A stretch of DNA of 47,996 nucleotides from positions 1-47,996 of the IMG/VR virus record IMGVR_UViG_3300032373_000019. One strand, given 5' to 3'. This DNA is from a virus (Duplodnaviria > Caudoviricetes). Shown piece after piece: positions 35,464 through 43,601 of the stretch (position 1 is the first letter of the stretch; each line of letters begins with the position of its first letter). The notes beneath the pieces are model-generated. The model searched no databases. It had not been told where the DNA came from and worked only from the letters and a program-made list of their open reading frames with translations. A program made the translations under genes and the position numbers.

Positions 35464-35906
35464 GCGGGCACCTCACGGCCGGCGACGTGGAGGACGACGC
35501 GGCGCAGGGCCTCAGCGTCGACCCACCGGGAGCCGTCGGGGAGCAGGCGGGAGTCGTCGGGGTCGAGGTCGGCCGTGACGGCGTGCATGTAGACACCGCT
35601 TCGGTACCACCACCAGGCGCTCACGCCGAGCGGCGACATCGAAAGGATGCGGCCCGCGAACCCTGGGTTCTGCAGCAGCCACCAAGCAGCATGCGCCCGC
35701 CCCGTGGGGTCGCTGAGGTCGAGGGCGGTGAAATCGATGGGGCAGACGGTGTGCTCACCGATGCGGGCGATCTGCACGCCCTCGTCCCCGTTGTCCCACT
35801 CGCCCATCGCGACCACCAGCCACGCTCCGCCGTTGTAGGTGACAGGCGACCCCCGCCGCAGCAGCCTGGGAATGCTGCCGGGCAAGGTCAGTGGTTCGGT
35901 CGTCAT
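35460..35906 (-). CDS. hypothetical protein, LDLSDPTGR-family paralog B
   Basis: First gene after the leftward promoter; CAACAACGGAG leader. Confidence 0.65.
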   Translation of the reverse strand: MTTEPLTLPGSIPRLLRRGSPVTYNGGAWLVVAMGEWDNGDEGVQIARIGEHTVCPIDFTALDLSDPTGRAHAAWWLLQNPGFAGRILSMSPLGVSAWWWYRSGVYMHAVTADLDPDDSRLLPDGSRWVDAEALRRVVLHVAGREVPA

Positions 35907-35932
35907 GGGTCACTCTCCGTTGTTGCCCTCAG

Positions 35933-35970
35933 ACCGTAGCGGCCTCGCCGCAGGGTGTCAACGCCTAACA
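35933..35970 (-). promoter_or_regulatory. leftward early promoter with operator half-site
   Basis: TTGACA-17 bp-TACGGT; TGTTAGGCGT overlapping the -35. Confidence 0.7.
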
Positions 35971-36001
35971 TGGTGGACCCTGCTGTACCCATGGGCGAGC
36001 C

Positions 36002-36030
36002 TTGACGGAACGGGCATCACATGGTACTCC
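36002..36030 (+). promoter_or_regulatory. promoter of the HTH regulator
   Basis: TTGACG-17 bp-TACTCC. Confidence 0.5.
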
Positions 36031-36047
36031 GAACCCCGGAGGTTCCT

Positions 36048-36296
36048 ATGTCCAGCAAGCTCACCATCCTCGAACTCGTCGAGGGCCTCGTCTCTGTCGC
36101 CGGCTCCGACGCGCAGTTCATGCGCAACATGGCCGCGTCCGGCGGTCCTCTCCAGCACCTCACCCTGCGCAACTGGCGCAAGGGCTCGCTCCCGAACCGG
36201 CCCGCGCACGTGCTCGCGATCTCCATCCTCTCCGGGCGGCCGGCTGAGGAGATCCTGCGGATGATTCTCGCGCCCAAACAGCAGGCGTCGGCGTAA
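36048..36296 (+). CDS. Cro/CI-like HTH regulator
   Basis: 82 aa, QHLTLRNWRKGSLP HTH end; at the divergence point; GGAGG RBS. Confidence 0.6.
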   Translation: MSSKLTILELVEGLVSVAGSDAQFMRNMAASGGPLQHLTLRNWRKGSLPNRPAHVLAISILSGRPAEEILRMILAPKQQASA

Positions 36297-36331
36297 TGAG
36301 TGTTGACGCCTGACACGTGGGGTGCTAACCA
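36294..36331 (+). promoter_or_regulatory. rightward early promoter with operator half-site
   Basis: TTGACG-17 bp-TAACCA; ACGCCTGACA at 36306-36315. Confidence 0.65.
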
Positions 36332-36379
36332 TTGATGGCGGCAGGGGAGAAGCCCCGCCGCGAACAACGGAGACCCACC

Positions 36380-36610
36380 ATGTCCATCACCCTCGACGAC
36401 CACGAGTTCTTCCTCATCGACTGCCCCGACTGCGGGGGCGACCGCTGCGGCGCCACGCCCGGCTCCACGTGCACCGTCTGCGCCGGCCGCGGCCAGGTCC
36501 AGGGCTGCACGGTGTGCGGCGACGAGGACGGCGAGGACGGCGAGCGCGAGGGCTGCGACCACTGCGACGGCACCGGGTGCGAGGACCCCGACGTGCGGGC
36601 GGCTGCGTGA
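36380..36610 (+). CDS. DnaJ-like CxxCxGxG zinc-finger protein
   Basis: CPDCGG, CTVCAGRG, CTVCG, CDHCDGTG; AACAACGGAG leader. Confidence 0.65.
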   Translation: MSITLDDHEFFLIDCPDCGGDRCGATPGSTCTVCAGRGQVQGCTVCGDEDGEDGEREGCDHCDGTGCEDPDVRAAA

Positions 36611-37608
36611 GCGCCCCGCTCGCCATCGTCGAGCGGTTCGCCGACGTCCCGGCCTGGCTGGAGACCCGGCGGGCCCACCAGGGTGCTCCCCTGTTCGCGC
36701 TCGGGGCGTCCGACGTGCCGGCGCTGCTCGGGTTCTCGGACATGCGGGGCCCCTGGGACGTGTGGACCGACCACCACGGTCCCCGCCACGACGACCCCGC
36801 CGACGAGGACGATGTCCGCAGCCGCGGCCACGCCGTCGAACCCTTCCTCATGGCCGCCTACACCGAGGCGACCGGGCGGGAGGTCGACGACGGGCTCCTC
36901 GTGCTGTCCCGCTCGGATGTGCCGTGGTTCCGCGTCTCCACGGACGCCTACATCCCGGGCGACCGGGTCATCGAGGGGAAGACCTTCAGCTACATGAAGC
37001 GCGACGAATGGGCGCGGGAGCACTACCTCGAGCCCATCCCGGTCAAGCTGGCGGTGGAGAAGGGGTTGATCCCCGACTCGTACTCGTGGCAGGTCGTCGC
37101 GCAGGCCGCGGTCGCGCAGGTCTCGGTCGTGGACCTGGTCGGCGTGCAGTGCAGCCTGAAGCGGTGCCGCGTGGTCCTGTCCTCGGGCGAGGTCGTCAGC
37201 CAGCCCGGGTGGATCATCGAGGCCCCGCCGGTCGTCGTCTCGGTCGAGGTCGCCCCCAGCCAGCGCGCGTGGATCATCGACACCGTCGGCGAGTGGCGGG
37301 AGCGCCACCTCGTGCAGGGCATCGAGCCCGACCCCGACGGCAGCAAGGCGCAGATCCGCGCCTACCGGCACCGCATGCTCCCGGGGTCCGTCCCGGCGTG
37401 GCCGGAGATCCGCGCCGCGTCCTCCGCCCTGGCAGCAGCTCGCGCGGACACCAAGGCGGCGAAGGCCCGCGAGGTGGCCGCCAAGGGCCGGATCCTCGCC
37501 CTGCTCGGCGAGGACACCCAGGCCGTCGAGCCTGACGACCCGAAGGCGTGGATCTGCCGCGCCCGGAAGACGAAGCGCGGGCTCACCATCGACGCCCGCG
37601 CCACCTGA
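36607..37608 (+). CDS. YqaJ-like viral exonuclease
   Basis: WLETRR..LGASDVPALLG, RGHAVEP, STDA, IEGKT, YSWQV. Confidence 0.85.
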   Translation: MSAPLAIVERFADVPAWLETRRAHQGAPLFALGASDVPALLGFSDMRGPWDVWTDHHGPRHDDPADEDDVRSRGHAVEPFLMAAYTEATGREVDDGLLVLSRSDVPWFRVSTDAYIPGDRVIEGKTFSYMKRDEWAREHYLEPIPVKLAVEKGLIPDSYSWQVVAQAAVAQVSVVDLVGVQCSLKRCRVVLSSGEVVSQPGWIIEAPPVVVSVEVAPSQRAWIIDTVGEWRERHLVQGIEPDPDGSKAQIRAYRHRMLPGSVPAWPEIRAASSALAAARADTKAAKAREVAAKGRILALLGEDTQAVEPDDPKAWICRARKTKRGLTIDARAT

Positions 37609-37636
37609 CCAGACCATCCACCACAACGGAGACACC

Positions 37637-38797
37637 ATGTCCGACCCCTTCGACACCCCCGCCGAGCTCACCATCCCCAACGAGCCGCCCGCGCAGATCC
37701 CCACCCACGTTGGCCACAGCCAGCGCGGCGACGCCTCTGGCATCGACTTCCGCCCCCTGGTGGAGTTGGCCGCTGCGCTCCCTCGCGACGAGAAGCATCT
37801 GATCAGCCGCGCCCGGTGGATCGGCTCCCTGATGGGCGAGCGCGCCTACTACAGCTTCCCCGCCGGCCGGCAGACTGTCACCGGACCGAGCATCGCTCTG
37901 GCTGAGGCGCTTGCGGGCGAGTGGGGTGGCCTCGCGCATGAGGTGAACATCGTGGACGCGCGCGCGCTGCCCTCCGGTGGTCAGCGGGTGCATCTGCGCG
38001 CCCGCGCCATCGACCTCAAGCGCGTGGTGATCGGCGTGGCGGACTCCGTCGTGTCCACCGCGCCGGCCCCCGGGAAGTTCGCCCGCAAGGCCGACCAGGC
38101 CGAGCGGTGGCACTCCATGCAGATCCAGAGCGCCGCCTCGAAGATCAAGCGGAACGCCATCCTGGACGTGCTGCCCGCGTGGTTCGTGGACGCCGCCATG
38201 CACTCCGCCATGGACACCGACGCACAGCAGGTGCTCCGGGGCCGGAGCGTGGGGCAGGCCTGCGACGAGACGATCGGCCACTTCGAGGGGGCTGGGTTCA
38301 GCCGCGCGGACCTCGAGTCGGTGGTCGGCCGCCCGCTGGACCTGTGGACCGTGAACGAGTTGCAGCAGCTCCGGCAGGTGTGGCGGGACCTCAAGTCGGG
38401 CCGCGCCACCCGGGACTCGCTGCTCGCGGAGGCGACCCCCGCCCCCGCGCCTGCTCCGCGCCGTTCTGCCCTGCCCGACCCGGACAACCGCGTCCCCGAC
38501 CCGGACCTGACGGGCTCCCGCGAGCAGGTGCGCACTGCCCCGGCGCCAGCTCCCGCGCCCGCCCCGGCGCCCGCGCCCGCCGCCGAGGACACCGCCGCTG
38601 TCAAGGTGGAGTGCGCCGAACTCGAGCCGCAGGTCGGCCCGGCGAACGTCGAAGCCATCCGGATGACCGGGAAGGGCCCGCGCCCGGGCGAGGACGTGCA
38701 GACCTGGAAGGGCCGCGCCGCCAACGCCGTCGCCTACCGCGACGCGCTGCGGCAGGATCTGGCCGACCGGAACAACGGCGGCATGGGCGAGTTCTGA
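37637..38797 (+). CDS. candidate single-strand annealing / recombination protein
   Basis: Follows YqaJ; YSFPAGRQTVTGPSIALAEALA motif; Pro-Ala linker. Confidence 0.45.
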   Translation: MSDPFDTPAELTIPNEPPAQIPTHVGHSQRGDASGIDFRPLVELAAALPRDEKHLISRARWIGSLMGERAYYSFPAGRQTVTGPSIALAEALAGEWGGLAHEVNIVDARALPSGGQRVHLRARAIDLKRVVIGVADSVVSTAPAPGKFARKADQAERWHSMQIQSAASKIKRNAILDVLPAWFVDAAMHSAMDTDAQQVLRGRSVGQACDETIGHFEGAGFSRADLESVVGRPLDLWTVNELQQLRQVWRDLKSGRATRDSLLAEATPAPAPAPRRSALPDPDNRVPDPDLTGSREQVRTAPAPAPAPAPAPAPAAEDTAAVKVECAELEPQVGPANVEAIRMTGKGPRPGEDVQTWKGRAANAVAYRDALRQDLADRNNGGMGEF

Positions 38798-38807
38798 GAA
38801 TCTTGCG

Positions 38808-38845
38808 TGTTAGGTGTTGACACCTGACATGCGAGGTCCTATGCT
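38808..38845 (+). promoter_or_regulatory. sigma70-like promoter with palindromic operator
   Basis: TTGACA-17 bp-TATGCT; TGTTAGGTGT-TG-ACACCTGACA inverted repeat at 38808-38829. Confidence 0.75.
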
Positions 38846-38891
38846 GTTGGTGTGGGGCGGGGATGCCGCCCCCGCCAACAACGGAGACACC

Positions 38892-39350
38892 ATGACCACG
38901 CCGAACCCCGCCGCCGTCGCCGCCGCCATCACCGACCAGGTCGCCGACTACCTCGCCGCCCGCGCCCTCTCCGAGGTGCTCGCCGAGCAGGTCGCGGGCA
39001 TCGCCTCCGAGCTGCTCTCGGACATGGTGGTCCTCGACGACGACGGCGAGCGCATCACGGCCCCGGACGACGCCTGGCTCTGTCGCGACGAGGACAGCGC
39101 CGCCTACTACGCCGAGCTCGAGGCGCGCACGAACGCCGCGATCCCGCACGACCTGCCCGCCGGCCACTGCCCGGCGCTCAATGCAGCCTCCGTGATGCGC
39201 GACGCCGAGGAGGCGCTCCTGCAGGCGATGGGCCCGCTCCTCGGCTTCGGTGGGATCACCATCCATCGGCTGGACCTGCGCCGCAAGATGATCGACAACG
39301 GCGTCGGTCTCGTGCTCGCCGTCGAGCGCGAGACCAGCCGCGCCGCCTGA
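38892..39350 (+). CDS. hypothetical early protein in a promoter-leader-hairpin cassette
   Basis: CAACAACGGAG leader; ends SRAA. Confidence 0.65.
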   Translation: MTTPNPAAVAAAITDQVADYLAARALSEVLAEQVAGIASELLSDMVVLDDDGERITAPDDAWLCRDEDSAAYYAELEARTNAAIPHDLPAGHCPALNAASVMRDAEEALLQAMGPLLGFGGITIHRLDLRRKMIDNGVGLVLAVERETSRAA

Positions 39351-39370
39351 CCCGCAGACGCCCCACGCCC

Positions 39371-39401
39371 GCCCCGTACCTCCCCGGAGGTCGGGGCTTC
39401 G
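39371..39401 (+). terminator. conserved GCCCCG...CGGGGCTTCG hairpin, copy 3
   Basis: GCCCCGTACCTCCCCGGAGGTCGGGGCTTCG. Confidence 0.6.
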
Positions 39402-39444
39402 GCAGTGCGGGACCACCCCGCCAACCACCAACGGAGCCCACCCC

Positions 39445-41694
39445 ATGATCCGCACCGCCACCATGCGCGCCCTCGGTCCCGCCGAGGATCAGACGCTCGC
39501 CCTGTTCACCGACCTGCAGCAGTGGGTCGACATCAACGGCTCGTCCAAGCGCGGGAAGACCACGCTGATGCGCGCCCTGTCGTTCACGCTGTGGGGCGAG
39601 GACATCGACGGCGACCGGCTCGGTGCCGACCTGGTCCGCGACGACGCCGACAAGATGGAGGCCGAGTTCGTGCTGCTCAACGGGCTGGAGGCCGGTCGGA
39701 CCATGACCCGCAAGCGGTCGATCACGCGGTCGGTGCGCCGCCCGGGGAAGACGGAGGTGTCGCCCGACTCGGAGGTCAAGATGCGGGCCGCGCTCGGGCC
39801 GCTCGGGCACGACCACGACCTCGCCCGCCTCGTCATGTTCCCCATGAGCTGGCAGGCCGACGCGCTGACCGGAGGGGACCGCTCCGGTGCCAAGAGCCGG
39901 GGGCGCCCGCTGCGCGACAAACTCGCCCGCATCCTCCCGGCGGCCCCGGTGGTCGACGTGGTCGCCCGGCTGATGAAGGAGGCTGGCCAGCCGATGCGCG
40001 AGGGTGACCCTCTCGAGGAGAAGGCCGCGCGGAAGCTGCAGGCCGACGCGAACCGCGACGCGAGCACGCAGCGCGGGGCGGTCGATGCTATCGAGGCGCA
40101 GATCGTCAAGGCCGAGGAGCGCGCCCAGACGGCAGCCCGCTTCTCCGCCGAGGTCGTGGCCGGCGCGCAGGCGGTGCTGGACCTGTCGGCGGCGTGGAGC
40201 CAGTACGAGACGCACGGGGCCGCGGTCGGGGCCTACGAGCGCGAGGTGCAGGCGCTCGCGGCGTGGAAGCAGCGGTTCGCCAACCAGGGGCCGCGGCCGG
40301 ACGACAACGGGGCGGAGATCACCAAGGCGACCGACTGGCGGAACCTCGCCCGCGCCACGGCTGCCGACAAGCGGCGGGACCTGGACCGCGCCGGGCGGGC
40401 GCTGGAGGATGCCCGGCGCGCCGAGCGGGGCCTCCGCGCCGCCCCCAGAGCGCCGGACCTCACCACCACCGCCGATGCTCGCGCCACGCTCGAGGCCGCG
40501 CGGAAGGCTGCCGAGTCCGCCCGCGAGCAGCTCGACGGGGCGCGCGCCTGGGATCCGCTCACCGCCGACGAGGTCATCGCCACCCGCATGGCGCTGAACA
40601 GTGCCGCCATCACCGCTGACCGCGCAACGCAGGACGCCGCCGCGCCCGCCCCGACGGGGCCGTGCGACCAATGCTGGAGCGAGGAGTGGCCGAAAGCCGC
40701 CCAGCGGGCCGCGCACCTCTCCGACGCCGCGGATGCCGCAGAGCGGGACATGGCCGCCGCCGAGGAGGCGCACGCCGCCGCCATCCGTGCCGCCGAGGAC
40801 CGGAAGGCGCACCACATCGCCGACTGCGAGGCGGACTTCCAGCGGTTCGCCGCGGAGGCCGTCGCCGCCCGGGAGGCGCTGCTCGATGCCGAGCGTGCCT
40901 CTGAGGAGGCCGCAGAGCAGGCCCGCGTTGCCGCCATGAACGCCGCAGCCATCGCCACACAGCAGGCCACCGCCGCGTTCCAGCGCGCCGAGGAGGCCGA
41001 GTGCGAGGCCGGGGTCGTCCTGGAGCGCGCCGAGGCCGCCCGCGACGCCGCCGTGAAGGCCGGCACCGCCGCCCGTGAGTGGGACGCCGCAGCCGAGGCT
41101 CTGGGCGCCAAGCCCACCGTGCGCCCCGCGCCCGCCGCCGCCGGCACTCCGCCCGAGAAGGCGAAGCCGACCGCGCAGCAGATCGACGCCGCCCGGCAGA
41201 CGCTCCGCGAGGCCTCCGAGGCCACGGGTGCCGCGGGCCAGCGCCTGCAGACCATCGACGACCTCCGCGCCGACCTGACGGAGGCCACCACGCGCCGGGA
41301 CCGCGCCGTCTCCGAGGCCGCCCGTTGCGCCGCGCTGCTCAAGTCCATCCTGGCCGCGCCCTCCGAGGCGGTGCGAGCCTCCATCGAGGGGCTCGACGCC
41401 GGGCCGGTGACCCTCAAACTGGAGGGCACCGGGGTCAAGGTTCTCGTCGACGGGCGGCGCTGGCAGATCGCGAGCGACGGCGAACTCGTCGTGGCCGACC
41501 TGGCGTTCCGCGCCGCGCTGCGCCCTCACCTGCAGCTCTCGCCCGGGCGCCCCGCGACGTACCTGCCGCTGTTCGTGGACCGCGCGCAGGCCGTCGCCGG
41601 TCTCAAGTGGCCGGACGTTCCGGGCCCCGTCGTCCGGTTCTGGACCGCCGAGGGCGACATCGAGGTCACCCGCCACGCTGGGCGGCCGGCGTGA
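39445..41694 (+). CDS. Rad50/SbcC/SMC-like coiled-coil ATPase
   Basis: Walker A GSSKRGKTT, long Ala-rich coiled coil with central CDQC, degenerate signature ASDGE and Walker B LFVDR. Confidence 0.75.
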   Translation: MIRTATMRALGPAEDQTLALFTDLQQWVDINGSSKRGKTTLMRALSFTLWGEDIDGDRLGADLVRDDADKMEAEFVLLNGLEAGRTMTRKRSITRSVRRPGKTEVSPDSEVKMRAALGPLGHDHDLARLVMFPMSWQADALTGGDRSGAKSRGRPLRDKLARILPAAPVVDVVARLMKEAGQPMREGDPLEEKAARKLQADANRDASTQRGAVDAIEAQIVKAEERAQTAARFSAEVVAGAQAVLDLSAAWSQYETHGAAVGAYEREVQALAAWKQRFANQGPRPDDNGAEITKATDWRNLARATAADKRRDLDRAGRALEDARRAERGLRAAPRAPDLTTTADARATLEAARKAAESAREQLDGARAWDPLTADEVIATRMALNSAAITADRATQDAAAPAPTGPCDQCWSEEWPKAAQRAAHLSDAADAAERDMAAAEEAHAAAIRAAEDRKAHHIADCEADFQRFAAEAVAAREALLDAERASEEAAEQARVAAMNAAAIATQQATAAFQRAEEAECEAGVVLERAEAARDAAVKAGTAAREWDAAAEALGAKPTVRPAPAAAGTPPEKAKPTAQQIDAARQTLREASEATGAAGQRLQTIDDLRADLTEATTRRDRAVSEAARCAALLKSILAAPSEAVRASIEGLDAGPVTLKLEGTGVKVLVDGRRWQIASDGELVVADLAFRAALRPHLQLSPGRPATYLPLFVDRAQAVAGLKWPDVPGPVVRFWTAEGDIEVTRHAGRPA

Positions 41695-41720
41695 GGGTCG
41701 GGGGGCATGGGGCGAGGCAG

Positions 41721-42125
41721 GTGACCGAGTGCGCGGTCTCGTGGCATGGCATCACGATCGAGGAGGTGGCGGACGAACTCGGCGTCACGTTGTCGACGGC
41801 GCGGTCCTACGCCACCCACGCGAGGCGGGCCGGCTGGCTCCACGCTGGGGCGGTCCCTCGGCTGGTCGACCTCGGCGCACGCTGGGAGCCGGATTGGGAG
41901 GCGGCGAAGGCCCTCCGAGGGATCCAGCAGCGCATCTACCGCCGGATCTGCCTGCACTTCACCTGCGAGATGCCTGCCAGGCGCGAGAACCTGCAGGGGT
42001 TCAGCGACCGGCAGGCGCGGGACGCGGTGTACGCCCTCCGCGAGAAGGGCTTGGTCCAGCCCCTCGGGGTCCTGTACGCGACCGAGGCGGGACATCGGGC
42101 CGCGATTGCGAATACCGCAGCGTGA
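41721..42125 (+). CDS. tandem winged-helix protein
   Basis: ITIEEVADELGVTLSTARSY...; LREKGLV..ATEAG. Confidence 0.6.
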   Translation: MTECAVSWHGITIEEVADELGVTLSTARSYATHARRAGWLHAGAVPRLVDLGARWEPDWEAAKALRGIQQRIYRRICLHFTCEMPARRENLQGFSDRQARDAVYALREKGLVQPLGVLYATEAGHRAAIANTAA

Positions 42126-42143
42126 CCACCACCAACTACACCT

Positions 42144-42206
42144 GACCCTCGCCACCGTCGCGCACCCTGATTTCCGTTGGGGGCTGGGCGGCGGTGGGCG
42201 GGGGTC
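42144..42206 (+). other. long intergenic RNA hairpin (terminator, processing site or sRNA)
   Basis: GACCCTCGCC/GGCGGGGGTC plus ACCGTCGC/GCGGCGGT stems, loop region TGATTTCCGTT, followed by TTT. Confidence 0.55.
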
Positions 42207-42218
42207 TTTGGAGACGAC

Positions 42219-42764
42219 ATGCGAGACCTACAGGATGCCCTCGACCGCGTGAGCGAGCAGGCCGACGACGGGGCGCTCCCCGCGCCTCCGGTGCTGGTCT
42301 TCGTCATCCCCGGCGACCCAGTGGCGAAGGGGCGCCCCCGCGTGTCCACCGCCGGCGGGTTCGCTCGGGCGTTCACGCCGAAGCGCACCCGGGTGTACGA
42401 GTCGATCGTCCGCGACGCCGCGGTGCGGGCCGTCGCCGATGCTGGCGGGGCGTGGCCTCTCGCCGGGCCCGTCCGCGTCGAGATCCTCTCGGTGTTCCGC
42501 CGCCCCGGGCGCCTGTTCCGGCGGAAGGACCCCGACGGGGTGGTGCTGCACGACCGCCGGCCTGACCTCGACAACGTGATCAAGGCGGTCCTGGACGGCA
42601 TGGACGGCGCGGGCGTGTGGCAGGACGACGCGCAGGTTGCCGAGGTCACGGCGCGGAAGGTCTACGGGCGGATCGTGGGCGAGCGCCGCGACAAGGTCAG
42701 CGAGCCGCCGCATGTGGCGGTTCGTGTGTGGACGATGAGCAACCAGAACGGAGGTGAGGGATGA
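42219..42764 (+). CDS. rusA: RusA-family Holliday junction resolvase
   Basis: IPGDPVAKGRPR, RPDLDNVIKAVLDGM, WQDDAQV. Confidence 0.9.
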   Translation: MRDLQDALDRVSEQADDGALPAPPVLVFVIPGDPVAKGRPRVSTAGGFARAFTPKRTRVYESIVRDAAVRAVADAGGAWPLAGPVRVEILSVFRRPGRLFRRKDPDGVVLHDRRPDLDNVIKAVLDGMDGAGVWQDDAQVAEVTARKVYGRIVGERRDKVSEPPHVAVRVWTMSNQNGGEG

Positions 42765-43357
42765 GCGAGACGAAGACGCGCCCGACGGCGCAGGAGATCA
42801 CGGACGCGGAGCACTACGTGGTCGCCGGCTTCCACGCCGAGGGTAGCCCGCGAACCCCGGGCGCGATGCGGGCAGGGGCCGACCGGCTGGACCGCATGCT
42901 CAACGTGCTGGCCTTCGCCCGGATGGCGCTACCCCCCGAGGAGCGGGAGATTCCGGTGCCGTGGGCCGAGACGGTGCCGACCCCTGCGCCTGCGGTCGAG
43001 CCTTCTGCGCCGGAGCAGTTCCGCGAGGGGCCGCAGGTCGAGCCGCCGCAGACCCCGACCGAGCGCGTCGCTGCCATGCTCGACTGGGAGGTCGAGGCGT
43101 TCGTGACGGGGGAGGGGGTTGGGCATTGGAGGGAGTGCGCGGGAGCCCACTGGGAGCGCTGCTGGGTCAACCTCGACGAGGACGAGGCAATCGACAGCTA
43201 CGGCACCTGCTTTCGTCCCATGGACCCTGCTCCGGAGAGCCATGACTGGCGGTACGACGACAAGCGCGGCGACACCACCACCCCCGAGGGCCGCATGGAA
43301 TGCACGCGGCGGCTGGCGGTGCACCTGCTCGCCGCGAAGGGGGCCCCCAATGGCTGA
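42761..43357 (+). CDS. hypothetical protein
   Basis: Coupled; GGAGG RBS. Confidence 0.55.
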   Translation: MSETKTRPTAQEITDAEHYVVAGFHAEGSPRTPGAMRAGADRLDRMLNVLAFARMALPPEEREIPVPWAETVPTPAPAVEPSAPEQFREGPQVEPPQTPTERVAAMLDWEVEAFVTGEGVGHWRECAGAHWERCWVNLDEDEAIDSYGTCFRPMDPAPESHDWRYDDKRGDTTTPEGRMECTRRLAVHLLAAKGAPNG

Positions 43358-43601
43358 CCTCTCACACCTCTCCCGCTGCCACGTCTGCCGGGCGAGCTGC
43401 CCCAAGGAGGCCGAAACCCGGTGCTCCCCCCGCGAGGACCAGACCGGCGAGCGCTGGTGCCCCAGCACGGAGTGGCCCCTCGCGGACCTCTGGGAGGGCA
43501 CAACCACGCCCGAGGACGTGCATGCGCGGCAGGAGGCCGAGGCTCAGGCCCTCATCGACTGGGAGGCCACCGTGCACGCCAAGGAGGCCTCCAATGACTG
43601 A
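43350..43601 (+). CDS. hypothetical Cys-containing protein
   Basis: CHVC..CP..C..WCP; overlapping start. Confidence 0.5.
   Translation: MADLSHLSRCHVCRASCPKEAETRCSPREDQTGERWCPSTEWPLADLWEGTTTPEDVHARQEAEAQALIDWEATVHAKEASND

Noticed and set aside
29318-35545. Repeat pair as DGR template/variable repeats
   Set aside because: Differences are not adenine-specific and no reverse transcriptase is present.
38430-38585. Short GC-rich tandem repeats
   Set aside because: Encode Pro-Ala linkers; not CRISPR or regulatory arrays.
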